In this document: positions 9,598 to 18,639 of the stretch, in pieces
Numbering within the stretch: position 1 is the first letter of the stretch
Layout: each line of letters opens with the position of its first letter
Assembly: GCA_017434825.1 (NCBI GenBank)
Contig: JAFSGC010000020.1
Span: forward strand, 42,096 to 106,095
DNA length: 64,000 bases
Origin: Bacilli bacterium
GTDB taxonomy: Bacteria; Bacillota_I; Bacilli_A; RF39; UBA660
Direction of reading: 5' to 3'
The notes under the pieces: model-generated
What the model was told of the DNA's origin: nothing
Databases searched by the model: none
The model's input: only the letters and a program-made list of their open reading frames with translations
Program-made: the position numbers and the translations under genes

Positions 9598-10230
9598 TTA
9601 ATTACATTCTACTCGATTTGCAATTAGAGTAGCAGTATATTCTTTGTTGTCATTGATAGTTTGTTCAACACCTTCAAGCCATACTAGAGTTACATCAGCT
9701 TTCCAATAATCTGTTTTAGCAATTCTTTTTTTTGTACTTATAGTATTAACATACTTATTTCCATCTTCAGTTGTAGGAATTCTAATAGTACCTATCTTAT
9801 CAGTAATATCCATATTACTAATAATATCTGTATAATTTTTTCCATCACTGCTTCTAGATACATTTAATAAAAGTTCTGGTGTATGTCCATCAGAATACAC
9901 AAAAACTTTATTATCAGGAAGCTTAACACTTAACTCATAACAAAAAGTCGATGTAGGATTTGTTGTTTCTAATACTACGTTCATAGTAGCCGTCCCCGTT
10001 AAGTCATGGCCAAATTCATGCGAAAAATTATTAGCTGTAGCCATAATTGACACATCATCACTTCCATTAAAAGATAAAGTATCTACTCCCTTTGAATTTA
10101 CCTCAACGTCAAAAGAACCATAGAATACCTCTCTAGCAGTAAAGTATGCATATGTTGCAATTGACACAAATACAACAGTTAAAAATATAAAAAGCACAAG
10201 CCACACTATCGTCTTATTTTTTCTATTCAT
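9598..10230 (-). CDS. secreted protein P1, CalY/TasA-type (SipW-class) signal peptide family
   Basis: Likely start is MNRKNK (ATG 10228-10230), preceded by AAGGGA. TM helix then ATYAYFTA. Two Cys only (FCYEL, C-terminal VECN). Paralogous to P2-P4. Confidence 0.6.
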   Translation of the reverse strand: MNRKNKTIVWLVLFIFLTVVFVSIATYAYFTAREVFYGSFDVEVNSKGVDTLSFNGSDDVSIMATANNFSHEFGHDLTGTATMNVVLETTNPTSTFCYELSVKLPDNKVFVYSDGHTPELLLNVSRSSDGKNYTDIISNMDITDKIGTIRIPTTEDGNKYVNTISTKKRIAKTDYWKADVTLVWLEGVEQTINDNKEYTATLIANRVECN

Positions 10231-10240
10231 AATCAATCCC

Positions 10241-10891
10241 TTAACATGTAACATTCGTTACATCTACTCTACTTGAGTATTCTTTATTATATATTGTTTG
10301 TACTACATTTAAATTATATACAGTTACAGTAACGGTATAAGTTTTTGTCACTTCAGTTCCTGGAGACGAAATACTTAGTCCACTTACTAAAGTAGTTTGC
10401 TTACTACTATTTAGTTTTCCAATTAAAGTATCTATTTTAGTTTCAGTAAAAACAGTAACTCCTGTTTCATCAGTAATTTTAATTGTATATTCACTAAGCC
10501 CCGCACTACTTGCAGCCGAAGATGGCACATATGTAGTAGCACTAGTATCTGTCCAAGTAAAATCAAACGTACATACTCCAGGAGTTGTTGCGTTACCTGC
10601 AAATAACTGTACATAAATATATTCAGAATCAGAATCTCCAATTGTTTTATTATCTGAACTTGCATCCGTATTTAACATATCAGCAGAAGTAACCTCAACA
10701 TCTAAAGTCCCTTCAGTATAAGCAGTAAATACAGGAATCCAAGAATCACTTACAGTTGCTGTAATATTTAATCCTGTAGAACCAGTAGTGTCCGCTGTAA
10801 AATAAGCATAAGTAAAAGAGCTAACCATAATTAGCAATACTAACATTGACGAAACAATTGAAACTATTGATTTACCATTACTCTTTGTCAT
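10241..10891 (-). CDS. secreted protein P2, CalY/TasA-type signal peptide family
   Basis: N-terminal TM then FTYAYFTAD. Two Cys only (GVCTFDFTW and the final residue, NVTC). VYNLNVVQ motif. Confidence 0.65.
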   Translation of the reverse strand: MTKSNGKSIVSIVSSMLVLLIMVSSFTYAYFTADTTGSTGLNITATVSDSWIPVFTAYTEGTLDVEVTSADMLNTDASSDNKTIGDSDSEYIYVQLFAGNATTPGVCTFDFTWTDTSATTYVPSSAASSAGLSEYTIKITDETGVTVFTETKIDTLIGKLNSSKQTTLVSGLSISSPGTEVTKTYTVTVTVYNLNVVQTIYNKEYSSRVDVTNVTC

Positions 10892-10953
10892 AACTTCCTA
10901 CCCTGTAAATATAATATCACAACTTACCAATTTAGAGCAATATTTATTGCAAT

Positions 10954-10986
10954 AAAAAAACGACCCATAAGAGGTCGAATTTTTTA
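10954..10986 (-). terminator. rho-independent (bidirectional-looking) terminator after P3
   Basis: Stem cgacc/ggtcg (10961-10965, 10972-10976) flanked by an A-run and a T-run. Confidence 0.6.
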
Positions 10987-11006
10987 TTTTGATATTTAAA
11001 GATAAC

Positions 11007-11675
11007 CTAGCAAACTACGTTCTTAACACTGAAGTTACCAGCAAAAGTCTTATCAGCTAAACCAGATTGGTCAACAGCTAAGTTATAGAATTTTGCAGTA
11101 AATGTGTATACAGAAGTAGTAGCTGTTTTACTATTACTCCAAATAACTGCATCATTTACAATTGTAGCTTCAGTAGCAATGTCTGCAATGTCAGCAAAAT
11201 CAGTTTCACCTTCTGCAGTATTCTCAATAGCTACTGTACCGTTTGTAGTATTAGTTGTTTCACTATTTTCAACAGCATAGCTAATTGTAAATTCATTTAA
11301 ACCAGCAGCACCATTACTATGTGCAGTATAAGCATCTCCAGTCCATTTGTAAACAATGTCATAAGTACAAGACATTGCAGTACCTTCTGCAGCAGATGCG
11401 AATGAAACAGTTAATTTACCAGTATCAGTATCAACTGGGCTACCATCGTTTTTAGCTTGTGCAGCTAACATTAAGTCAGCAGTAATATCTAATTCAATTG
11501 GATCATCAGATGATGCAATGAATGATGAACTTGCTGGTTCAGTAGTAGCAGTTAAGTTTAATCCTGCTCCAACATCTTGAGTACCTGCGAAGTATGCGAA
11601 TGTAGCTCCAACTACTGCAACTAATAAAGTAGCAACTGCGATAACTGTTAATAATAAAGTATTTCTCTTTTCCAT
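11007..11675 (-). CDS. secreted protein P3, CalY/TasA-type signal peptide family (candidate major subunit)
   Basis: MEKRNTLLLTVIAVATLLVAVVGATFAYFAGTQD closely resembles the B. cereus CalY signal (GGGTFAYFSD). Two Cys only (MSCTYDIVYKW and the final residue, NVVC). FYNLAVDQ motif. Has its own promoter-like region and terminator. Confidence 0.7.
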   Translation of the reverse strand: MEKRNTLLLTVIAVATLLVAVVGATFAYFAGTQDVGAGLNLTATTEPASSSFIASSDDPIELDITADLMLAAQAKNDGSPVDTDTGKLTVSFASAAEGTAMSCTYDIVYKWTGDAYTAHSNGAAGLNEFTISYAVENSETTNTTNGTVAIENTAEGETDFADIADIATEATIVNDAVIWSNSKTATTSVYTFTAKFYNLAVDQSGLADKTFAGNFSVKNVVC

Positions 11676-11759
11676 TTCTTTGTTATCTCCTTTCTATTAT
11701 AAATATTATCATATCATGTCGTATTTTAGCAAGTATTTTTAACACTAATTTAACTTTAA

Positions 11760-12431
11760 TTAACAAACAACATTAGAAACTGTCAAGTGTGCGTTATAAC
11801 TCTTACCAGTAATGTCATCTTGATCTGCTGGCAAAGAATAAAAATTAAGCACAAAATTCCAAGTTGCAGTCGTTGCAGTTAACGATTTACTATAGATTTC
11901 GGCACCAGTAACCACCTTGGCTTTTCTGCCAACAGTACCAGCACTTCCAGACCATGTAAAGTCGGTTAAATTAGTTTCATTTAAAGTAGTCACTGTATAT
12001 GTGTGACCTGAAGTATCCCCACTAACACTTTGGGTTCCTTTAAGAGATAACTCATATTTATAATCACTATTAAACGTCATTGAAGGAACTGTATATTGAG
12101 TTGTACTATCCCACACCAATTCAATATCATAAGTACAATGTACCACAGAATCTTCACTCGAAGAAGATAATAATGCAATTACTTTTCCATTATCGGTAAC
12201 CGCCGGAGTTGTACTAGCGACTGCCATATCTTCCGCACTAACGTTAAGAGCAATTTGATCAGCAGTATACGCAGTAAAACTAGCAGGAGCATCAGTTTCT
12301 GCTCCAACAGTTAAACCATTACCTAAATTTTGATTTCCAGAAAAGTAAGCGTATGTTGCACTAACAGTTACTAACAAAAGCATTAATAAGGCAAGGCCGG
12401 TTACTACTATATTTGTTTTACTCATTTTCAT
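11760..12431 (-). CDS. secreted protein P4, CalY/TasA-type signal peptide family
   Basis: TM then ATYAYFSGNQ. Two Cys only (VHCTYDIELVW and the final residue, NVVC). FYSLPADQ motif. Confidence 0.65.
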   Translation of the reverse strand: MKMSKTNIVVTGLALLMLLLVTVSATYAYFSGNQNLGNGLTVGAETDAPASFTAYTADQIALNVSAEDMAVASTTPAVTDNGKVIALLSSSSEDSVVHCTYDIELVWDSTTQYTVPSMTFNSDYKYELSLKGTQSVSGDTSGHTYTVTTLNETNLTDFTWSGSAGTVGRKAKVVTGAEIYSKSLTATTATWNFVLNFYSLPADQDDITGKSYNAHLTVSNVVC

Positions 12432-12447
12432 ATTTAAAACCTCCCTA

Positions 12448-13545
12448 CTATGCTAGTGCAATTCCTAACGTCTTACCATCACTATTTAAAGTTAATTTTA
12501 AATTTAGTGATTGCGTCGTTAACGAATCTATTCCTGTAATTTTATATGAACCTGGGACTGTATATGCCGCTCCTGCAGCTTGAACAGATGTCGTCGTCAA
12601 CGAAGTATTATCTAATATAAATCCCGGAGTTGAATAATTAGTTAATGCAACACTTGGAAGATATGTTCCCGCAGCTGCAGAGACATCACCAAGTTTAAGA
12701 ACAGCATTTGCTGCTCCCCCTTGTATATATACAGGAGTCTTATATTCTACACCATTATAAGTAACACTTATTGTATATGTACCAGAAGGTACATTATTTA
12801 AAGTATACGCTCCTGTAGATGCTGTTGTTGATGTAATTTTATTATTATGGAAGCTCACTTTAGCTCCGCTTACAGCAGTTCCTGAAGAATCAACTACAGT
12901 ACCACTTATGTTGAAAAAAGATTTACTAACTTTGGTTTCACTAGTTGTTGTAACACCAATATAAACTATTTTATCATCATATTTTTCTGGAGTATCAATA
13001 TCAATCCACAATTTTAAAGCATACTTTGCACTGGCAGATCCTGTAGCAAATGTACCATAATCAAGAAAATAAGTCGAATTAAAAATATTACTAGAATCAA
13101 CATAAGATAATGGTAAATCAGCAATAGACACAGGCCCTACAATTGGTTCAGAAGAAATTACATCTCCACTCATTGTATATAATGCAACTCTAATATATTC
13201 TAAAGGTATTAAATCTGAAGTGCTATACCCCGTAGGAATTGAAGCTGTACTATATCCTACATTAATTCTATAAAAAACGCTATACACATTGTTTTTAGAA
13301 AAAGATATTTTCGCAGCATACTCAGAACCTTGAGCAAGACCATCTTCATCAGTCATCGAAGTAAGTGTAAACGATGCTGAACTTATAGTTGCAGATGAAG
13401 TCAAATCACTCGTAGTAACAACAACGGCATTTGCATTAACTCTTGAACGAGTTACGTAAGAATAAGACACGCCAAAAGAAAGACACAAAAAAGAAATTAG
13501 TGCCAATATTACCACAAGGATTGGAGCATATCGATTATTCTTCAT
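12448..13545 (-). CDS. larger secreted protein P5 of the same locus, with a divergent signal and a carboxypeptidase-regulatory-like beta-sandwich segment
   Basis: TM then VSYSYVTRS. The segment ISGTVVDSSGTAVSGAKVSFHNN...GAYTLNNVPSGTYTISV is typical of CarboxypepD_reg-like domains. No Cys outside the signal peptide. Confidence 0.55.
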   Translation of the reverse strand: MKNNRYAPILVVILALISFLCLSFGVSYSYVTRSRVNANAVVVTTSDLTSSATISSASFTLTSMTDEDGLAQGSEYAAKISFSKNNVYSVFYRINVGYSTASIPTGYSTSDLIPLEYIRVALYTMSGDVISSEPIVGPVSIADLPLSYVDSSNIFNSTYFLDYGTFATGSASAKYALKLWIDIDTPEKYDDKIVYIGVTTTSETKVSKSFFNISGTVVDSSGTAVSGAKVSFHNNKITSTTASTGAYTLNNVPSGTYTISVTYNGVEYKTPVYIQGGAANAVLKLGDVSAAAGTYLPSVALTNYSTPGFILDNTSLTTTSVQAAGAAYTVPGSYKITGIDSLTTQSLNLKLTLNSDGKTLGIALA

Positions 13546-13587
13546 ACCGTCACCTTATCATAATAATAGCACAAATTCCTACACTAC

Positions 13588-14040
13588 TCAACAAATTTTA
13601 TCGAACTTTTTTAACCGAGAAATATTATCATTTATTAAATCCAAAAGTTTTTCAGCCAAAGACTTAACATCCATATCGACACTATCAAATTCCATTAATT
13701 TTGTAGTTAAAATCCCTACACTTTTATAAGAACCTTCAATCATCATTTTAATGATAATATCATCAGAATTTTCCTTAGTTAACTTCATTTCACTGTAAAA
13801 TTCCGAACTCATTTTAGCCATAAAATTTATCTTCTTTGGCTTACATTTGTAATCTTTTAAAAGTTTTTCGCACCGTCTTAAAATTTTTCCAAAATCCTTT
13901 TTCACTTTTTCTAATTCCTTTTTTAATTTATCATTTTTAATCTTATATAAGACATCATTAATTCCCACGATCCCCATTTCAGCATTTTGATAAATATCAT
14001 TTAAAGCATCAATATTTCTTGTCATAAAAAAATCACCCAT
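13588..14040 (-). CDS. hypothetical helical protein
   Basis: 150-aa ORF with coding-like composition and predicted helical, Lys/Glu-rich sequence. No motif recognised. Confidence 0.5.
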   Translation of the reverse strand: MGDFFMTRNIDALNDIYQNAEMGIVGINDVLYKIKNDKLKKELEKVKKDFGKILRRCEKLLKDYKCKPKKINFMAKMSSEFYSEMKLTKENSDDIIIKMMIEGSYKSVGILTTKLMEFDSVDMDVKSLAEKLLDLINDNISRLKKFDKIC

Positions 14041-14066
14041 AATTATTATGGATGATTAATACTTTG

Positions 14067-15701
14067 TTATACTTCTTGAACTACAGCAATAATCATTGGC
14101 TTACATTCAGTTTCTTTATATAAGTATTCACCAAGTTCTTCTCTAATTTGAGTTTTGATTAAATTATAATCTACATAATTTGGAGTTATGTTATTATTAA
14201 TAACAGTTTCACAAATCTTCTTAATTTCTTCAATCATTTCTTTAGAGTCTTTTATATAAATAAATCCTCTTGTAGTTACTTCAGGCCCTACTAATAAAAC
14301 TTTATCTTTCTTAGATACAGTTGCACTAATTAGTACAATACCATTTTCAGATAAAATTTCACGATCTTTAATAACTAGGTCTCCAATATCATCAGAACTA
14401 TTACCGTCTATAAAGATATCGTCTACTTTAACATGTTCAAATTTATCCTCTAAAACTTTATCTGTAATAGTTACTACATCACCATTTTGTTTTAATAAAA
14501 TATTTTCACTTGGGATATTTAAAAGTGATGCAACATTAGCATTACCCACCATATAACGATATTCCCCTTTAACAGGCATATAGTATTTAGGATTTAAAAG
14601 TTTAATCATTAACATTAAATCTTCTCTAGAGGCATGTTGTAAAATTGAGTAATTCTTAGGAATATCTACTACATTACAACCATATTTAGCTAATTCATTT
14701 TCAAGTTTTACAAATATCTTTTCACTACTATCATACTTAGGTTCTGCAAAAACTACTGTATCAGTAGGTAGTAACTGAATAAATTTATCATAACCATTTA
14801 ATATCTTATTTAAACTCGCATATGGATATGCTTTATCATCACATACAAGTAATACTGCATTTTCATCTTTTAAATTAGAAAGGTCTCCTAAGATTCCTTC
14901 TTCTACTTGTAAATATTTATTTTCAATTGAATAGTTAATTACATTTTGTAATTTCTTACCCATTACTACAACCTTACGATGAGAGGATGCAACTGAATTA
15001 AAAATTTCTTGAATAGTGTATAAATGATTTGGTAATACACTAAAAATTATTCTTTTTTCATTATGTTTTACTATATCTTTAAAGAAACTTTGTAACTTAT
15101 GTTTCGGAGATGTATGTCCTGAAACTTCTGCAAAACTACTTTCACAAAGTAAACATAATACACCTTGTTTTCCAACATAAGCAATTTTACCAAGGTCGCT
15201 ATCATAAGCTCCCATCATTGCTGGGTCAATTAAGAAATCTCCAGTATAACAAATAGCTCCATCCTCGGTATTAATTACATACATAACTGAATCAGGACAA
15301 CTATGAGAAATTGAAATTGGGAAAATTGAAACTTTACCAAAAGAAATCTTCTTATGAGCTTTAATTTCTACAATATTTTCTTCCTTTACTCCATCTTCCA
15401 TTAAGCAAAATTTAGTAAACTTTGTAGCATAGATTTTAAGTCCCGGAATTTGAGAAAGTAAATCATCTACACTTCCCATATTTTCTTGATGACCGTGAGT
15501 TATAAATACACCTTTAATTCTCTTTTTATTCTTTATTAAATATGAAAAATCGGGAATTACATAATCAATTCCTAGTAAATTTCCTGTAGCATACTTTAAA
15601 CCACAATCAAAAACAAAAATATCATCATCAATTTCAACAACATAGGAGTTTTTTCCGTTTTCGTCTAAACCTCCCAAACCAAAAATTTTAATTTTACACA
15701 T
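14067..15701 (-). CDS. rnj: ribonuclease J
   Basis: 544 aa, metallo-beta-lactamase/beta-CASP architecture. HGHQENMG (HxHxDH-type motif), N-terminal KIFGLGGLDENGKN, RNase J C-terminal domain. Confidence 0.85.
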   Translation of the reverse strand: MCKIKIFGLGGLDENGKNSYVVEIDDDIFVFDCGLKYATGNLLGIDYVIPDFSYLIKNKKRIKGVFITHGHQENMGSVDDLLSQIPGLKIYATKFTKFCLMEDGVKEENIVEIKAHKKISFGKVSIFPISISHSCPDSVMYVINTEDGAICYTGDFLIDPAMMGAYDSDLGKIAYVGKQGVLCLLCESSFAEVSGHTSPKHKLQSFFKDIVKHNEKRIIFSVLPNHLYTIQEIFNSVASSHRKVVVMGKKLQNVINYSIENKYLQVEEGILGDLSNLKDENAVLLVCDDKAYPYASLNKILNGYDKFIQLLPTDTVVFAEPKYDSSEKIFVKLENELAKYGCNVVDIPKNYSILQHASREDLMLMIKLLNPKYYMPVKGEYRYMVGNANVASLLNIPSENILLKQNGDVVTITDKVLEDKFEHVKVDDIFIDGNSSDDIGDLVIKDREILSENGIVLISATVSKKDKVLLVGPEVTTRGFIYIKDSKEMIEEIKKICETVINNNITPNYVDYNLIKTQIREELGEYLYKETECKPMIIAVVQEV

Positions 15702-15777
15702 AATATATCACCTTCAAAAAAATAAAGTCTTCTTGGTGAAATAAGTATATCAAAAAACTGTTTATAAATCAACTTTA

Positions 15778-16557
15778 TTACTTTTGAATATCTCTTTTTT
15801 CACTTATTAACTTACTTAAATAAATTATATCTAAGTCTCGATAATATATCTTTTTTATTAGAACTTTAAAGTTAGCTAAACTAAGATCTTCCCCTATATA
15901 AAATATATCTCCAGAGTTTACTTCAATGCCAATTATTGACATATTATCAACATAATATGATGGCTCTATTAAATATTTTTTATCATTAATACAATCTTGT
16001 TTATTATCTTTATTAACTAAACAAATATTAGTATTTAATTTATATTTATCAAGTAAAATATCAAGTTTGTCCATATTTTTATCATTATTAATTTGCTCTA
16101 TAACAGCATCTTTATTAAAATCATCATAAGTAATTAACGTATCAACGCTTATATTTTGCTCTATTGCATAACGAGCTATACTATCATTATCATTTATAAT
16201 TATTGAGACTCCCTTTTTTTCTTTATTCCCTCGTTTAATAATTAAATGTTTATTTGTCTCTAAAGATGTATTTGGTTCTACTTCATCAAAAACCAACTTA
16301 CTAGAACTATAAGTATATGCTTTTTTCATTTGATAATAACTATCTAATTCATTTATTTTAAGCCCATTAATCCCTGGAATAATATAATTGCCACTAATTA
16401 CTGCACTAACAGCAAGAATCTCTTCATCTTGCTTGTGACTCATTATTTCTTTCATTAAATCACTTTTATAAATAATCATCGTTGATATTTTATCAGTGTA
16501 ATAAAAACTAAATACAATTAAACCTAATATACTTATATACTTTATAATATCTTTCAT
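15778..16557 (-). CDS. hypothetical membrane-anchored protein
   Basis: 259-aa ORF with a single N-terminal TM helix. No catalytic motif recognised. Confidence 0.5.
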   Translation of the reverse strand: MKDIIKYISILGLIVFSFYYTDKISTMIIYKSDLMKEIMSHKQDEEILAVSAVISGNYIIPGINGLKINELDSYYQMKKAYTYSSSKLVFDEVEPNTSLETNKHLIIKRGNKEKKGVSIIINDNDSIARYAIEQNISVDTLITYDDFNKDAVIEQINNDKNMDKLDILLDKYKLNTNICLVNKDNKQDCINDKKYLIEPSYYVDNMSIIGIEVNSGDIFYIGEDLSLANFKVLIKKIYYRDLDIIYLSKLISEKRDIQK

Positions 16558-16604
16558 TTTACCTCGTTATAAGTATATGTTATTCCCAATAAAAAAATTG
16601 GTAT

Positions 16605-17000
16605 TTAACCAATTCTTTGTTTTATAATTTCGACTCCTCTTTTATGATCAGTAAATAATATCTCATATAAAATTCTATCTTTTCTAAGTTCATTAATAAA
16701 AGCCATTTCTTCTTTTGTTAAAGTTTGATAGCTTGGAGTTGATGCATTTTGAACTTCAACAATAACATCAGTACCAAGTAAATAATCTGCAGAAACTCCT
16801 AAAATATACATCATTTCTACAATATTTTCTAAATTAGGATTTCTTTTCTCACTTTCATATAAACTTATAGCAGATTTGCTTAATCCCAAAAGTTCTCCGA
16901 GTTGTTCTTGAGATAAATTTTTGCTTTTTCTTGCTTCTTTTAATCTTGCTCCTACTAACATGAATACCCCAACTTTCATGATTAGTATAAGAAAAATCAA
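16605..17000 (-). CDS. XRE-family helix-turn-helix transcriptional regulator
   Basis: LKEARKSKNLSQEQLGELLGLSKSAISLYESEKRNP is a canonical Cro/C1 HTH. The true start is probably the internal MLVGARLKEA. Confidence 0.8.
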   Translation of the reverse strand: MIFLILIMKVGVFMLVGARLKEARKSKNLSQEQLGELLGLSKSAISLYESEKRNPNLENIVEMMYILGVSADYLLGTDVIVEVQNASTPSYQTLTKEEMAFINELRKDRILYEILFTDHKRGVEIIKQRIG

Positions 17001-17045
17001 GTTTATTATGTGTAAACATTACCAATTGTAAACTTTGTTACTGCT

Positions 17046-17300
17046 TTAATACATAAGTTCTAATAAATTCATATCCTCTGATGCTTTAGTTAAAAAACTA
17101 TTATCATATTTACTATTTAAAACATGAATTTTTTTTACAAACAATTCATAATCAATCAAAAATATATCTAAATAATCCTCAATGATATCTTCAATAAAAT
17201 CGCAGCCTTGTTCATTTAAAAATGCAATTATTTTTCTCATATTATCACTATTTATTCTAAACATAGCACTATCACTATACTTATCTAATATATCTTTCAT
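17046..17300 (-). CDS. hypothetical small acidic protein
   Basis: 84 aa. Its ATG overlaps the stop of the upstream repeat protein (TAATG), implying translational coupling. Confidence 0.5.
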   Translation of the reverse strand: MKDILDKYSDSAMFRINSDNMRKIIAFLNEQGCDFIEDIIEDYLDIFLIDYELFVKKIHVLNSKYDNSFLTKASEDMNLLELMY

Positions 17301-18628
17301 TATTTCCTTCTTTCTAACGATTCCAACTCTTTTATATCAATTCCATATTTCTTTTTCAAATCAGTATTACTTGCATTAAGTATTTTATTTAGAGTATATT
17401 CACCTGTAGATTTAACAGTAAGAAAAGGTATGTCATTATTCTCCATATAATCTAATAATACTCTTTGCAATTGAACAGATCTTCTTATGCATCTATTTGT
17501 AATATACGGTCCAATACCATATTCTTCAAATAATTCTATCGAAGGAATAATATTTTTATAACTAACATTAAAGATACTAGGAACTAATAAATGACTATAT
17601 TCTGGAGCTTGTAACTTTTCAAGTTCTAAAATATTTTTAACATCTTCGAATTTACTATGCCAAATATTTGGAGTTAAAAGTCCAAGATACTTTTTATCGC
17701 CCCATTGAGGTAAACTCAAAATATCCAGAACCTCAGATGCATTACTTTGCCAGATACTCGGACCAAGGGTATTTTTAAAGCGATAGTCATTCCAAAGCGG
17801 TAAACTTAATATAGTTGTAATATTATAATAAGAACTTTGCCATATAGTCGGAGTTAAAAGTGGCAAAAACTTGGGATCGTCCCACTCTGGCATTCCTAAA
17901 ATCTTTTTTACTTCTACTGCATTACTTTGCCAAATTGTCGGAGTAAGTAGAGGTTCAAATTTTGGGTCTTCCCATTCTTTTAAACTTAATATCTCTTCAA
18001 CATCATCAGGAACACAATTCCAAACTGAAGGTGTCAATAAAGGTTTGAACTTAGGTTTATCCCAAACCGGCAAATTTAACACCCTACGAATATCATTTTC
18101 TTTACCATGCAAAACATTCGCTGATAGCGCTGATTTATTTTTATCTTCTTTCCACTCAGGCATATGAATAATATTTTCCACTTCATCAACATTACAATAC
18201 CATATACTCGAAGTTAGTAATTCACTATATTTAGGATCACCCCATTCCGGCAAATTCAATATTTTTTGCACTCCAGTAAAAGTGCAGTGCCAAATTCCTG
18301 GAGTAAGTAGAGGCTTAAACTTCGGATCGTCCCAAGCCTTCATACTTAATATACCTTCGACTTCTTTAGCATTACATTGCCATACTCCAGATGTGAATAA
18401 ATGACTAAATTTAGGATTGTCCCAATACGGCATTTCTAATATAGTTTTAACATCTTGAGCGTTACACCCCCAAATGGTTGATGTTAATACTCTTTTAAAT
18501 CGAGGGTTCTTCCAATGGGGCATACTTATTATTGTTCTTACGAAATCTACTCCTCTTCGATACGCCAAATCACATATTAAATGCTCATTGCCTTTTAAAA
18601 GTTCGTTAATTTCTTGTACTTCTGTCAT
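17300..18628 (-). CDS. tandem-repeat protein (11 x 30 aa, helical-repeat/mTERF-like periodicity)
   Basis: Residues 36-365 are eleven back-to-back 30-aa units, consensus [LM]PEW.DPKF.PLLTP.IW.....V..IL. Non-repeat N- and C-terminal caps. Confidence 0.7.
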   Translation of the reverse strand: MTEVQEINELLKGNEHLICDLAYRRGVDFVRTIISMPHWKNPRFKRVLTSTIWGCNAQDVKTILEMPYWDNPKFSHLFTSGVWQCNAKEVEGILSMKAWDDPKFKPLLTPGIWHCTFTGVQKILNLPEWGDPKYSELLTSSIWYCNVDEVENIIHMPEWKEDKNKSALSANVLHGKENDIRRVLNLPVWDKPKFKPLLTPSVWNCVPDDVEEILSLKEWEDPKFEPLLTPTIWQSNAVEVKKILGMPEWDDPKFLPLLTPTIWQSSYYNITTILSLPLWNDYRFKNTLGPSIWQSNASEVLDILSLPQWGDKKYLGLLTPNIWHSKFEDVKNILELEKLQAPEYSHLLVPSIFNVSYKNIIPSIELFEEYGIGPYITNRCIRRSVQLQRVLLDYMENNDIPFLTVKSTGEYTLNKILNASNTDLKKKYGIDIKELESLERRK

Positions 18629-18639
18629 GTTAACCTCAC

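Noticed and set aside
10432-10665. 77-aa ORF nested in P2 on the same strand in another frame.
   Set aside because: It lies entirely inside a well-supported paralogue gene. Its Leu/Gln/Ile-rich translation is typical of an off-frame artefact.
9598-13545. Reading P1-P5 as type IV pilins or competence pseudopilins.
   Set aside because: There is no G/(F/M)-T-L-x-E prepilin peptidase site, and no PilB/PilC/PilD-like genes are nearby. The conserved T(Y/F)AYF motif fits the SipW-cognate signal class instead.
13443-13667. 74-aa plus-strand ORF spanning the P5 start and the end of the next gene.
   Set aside because: It is antisense to two supported minus-strand genes and has no RBS.
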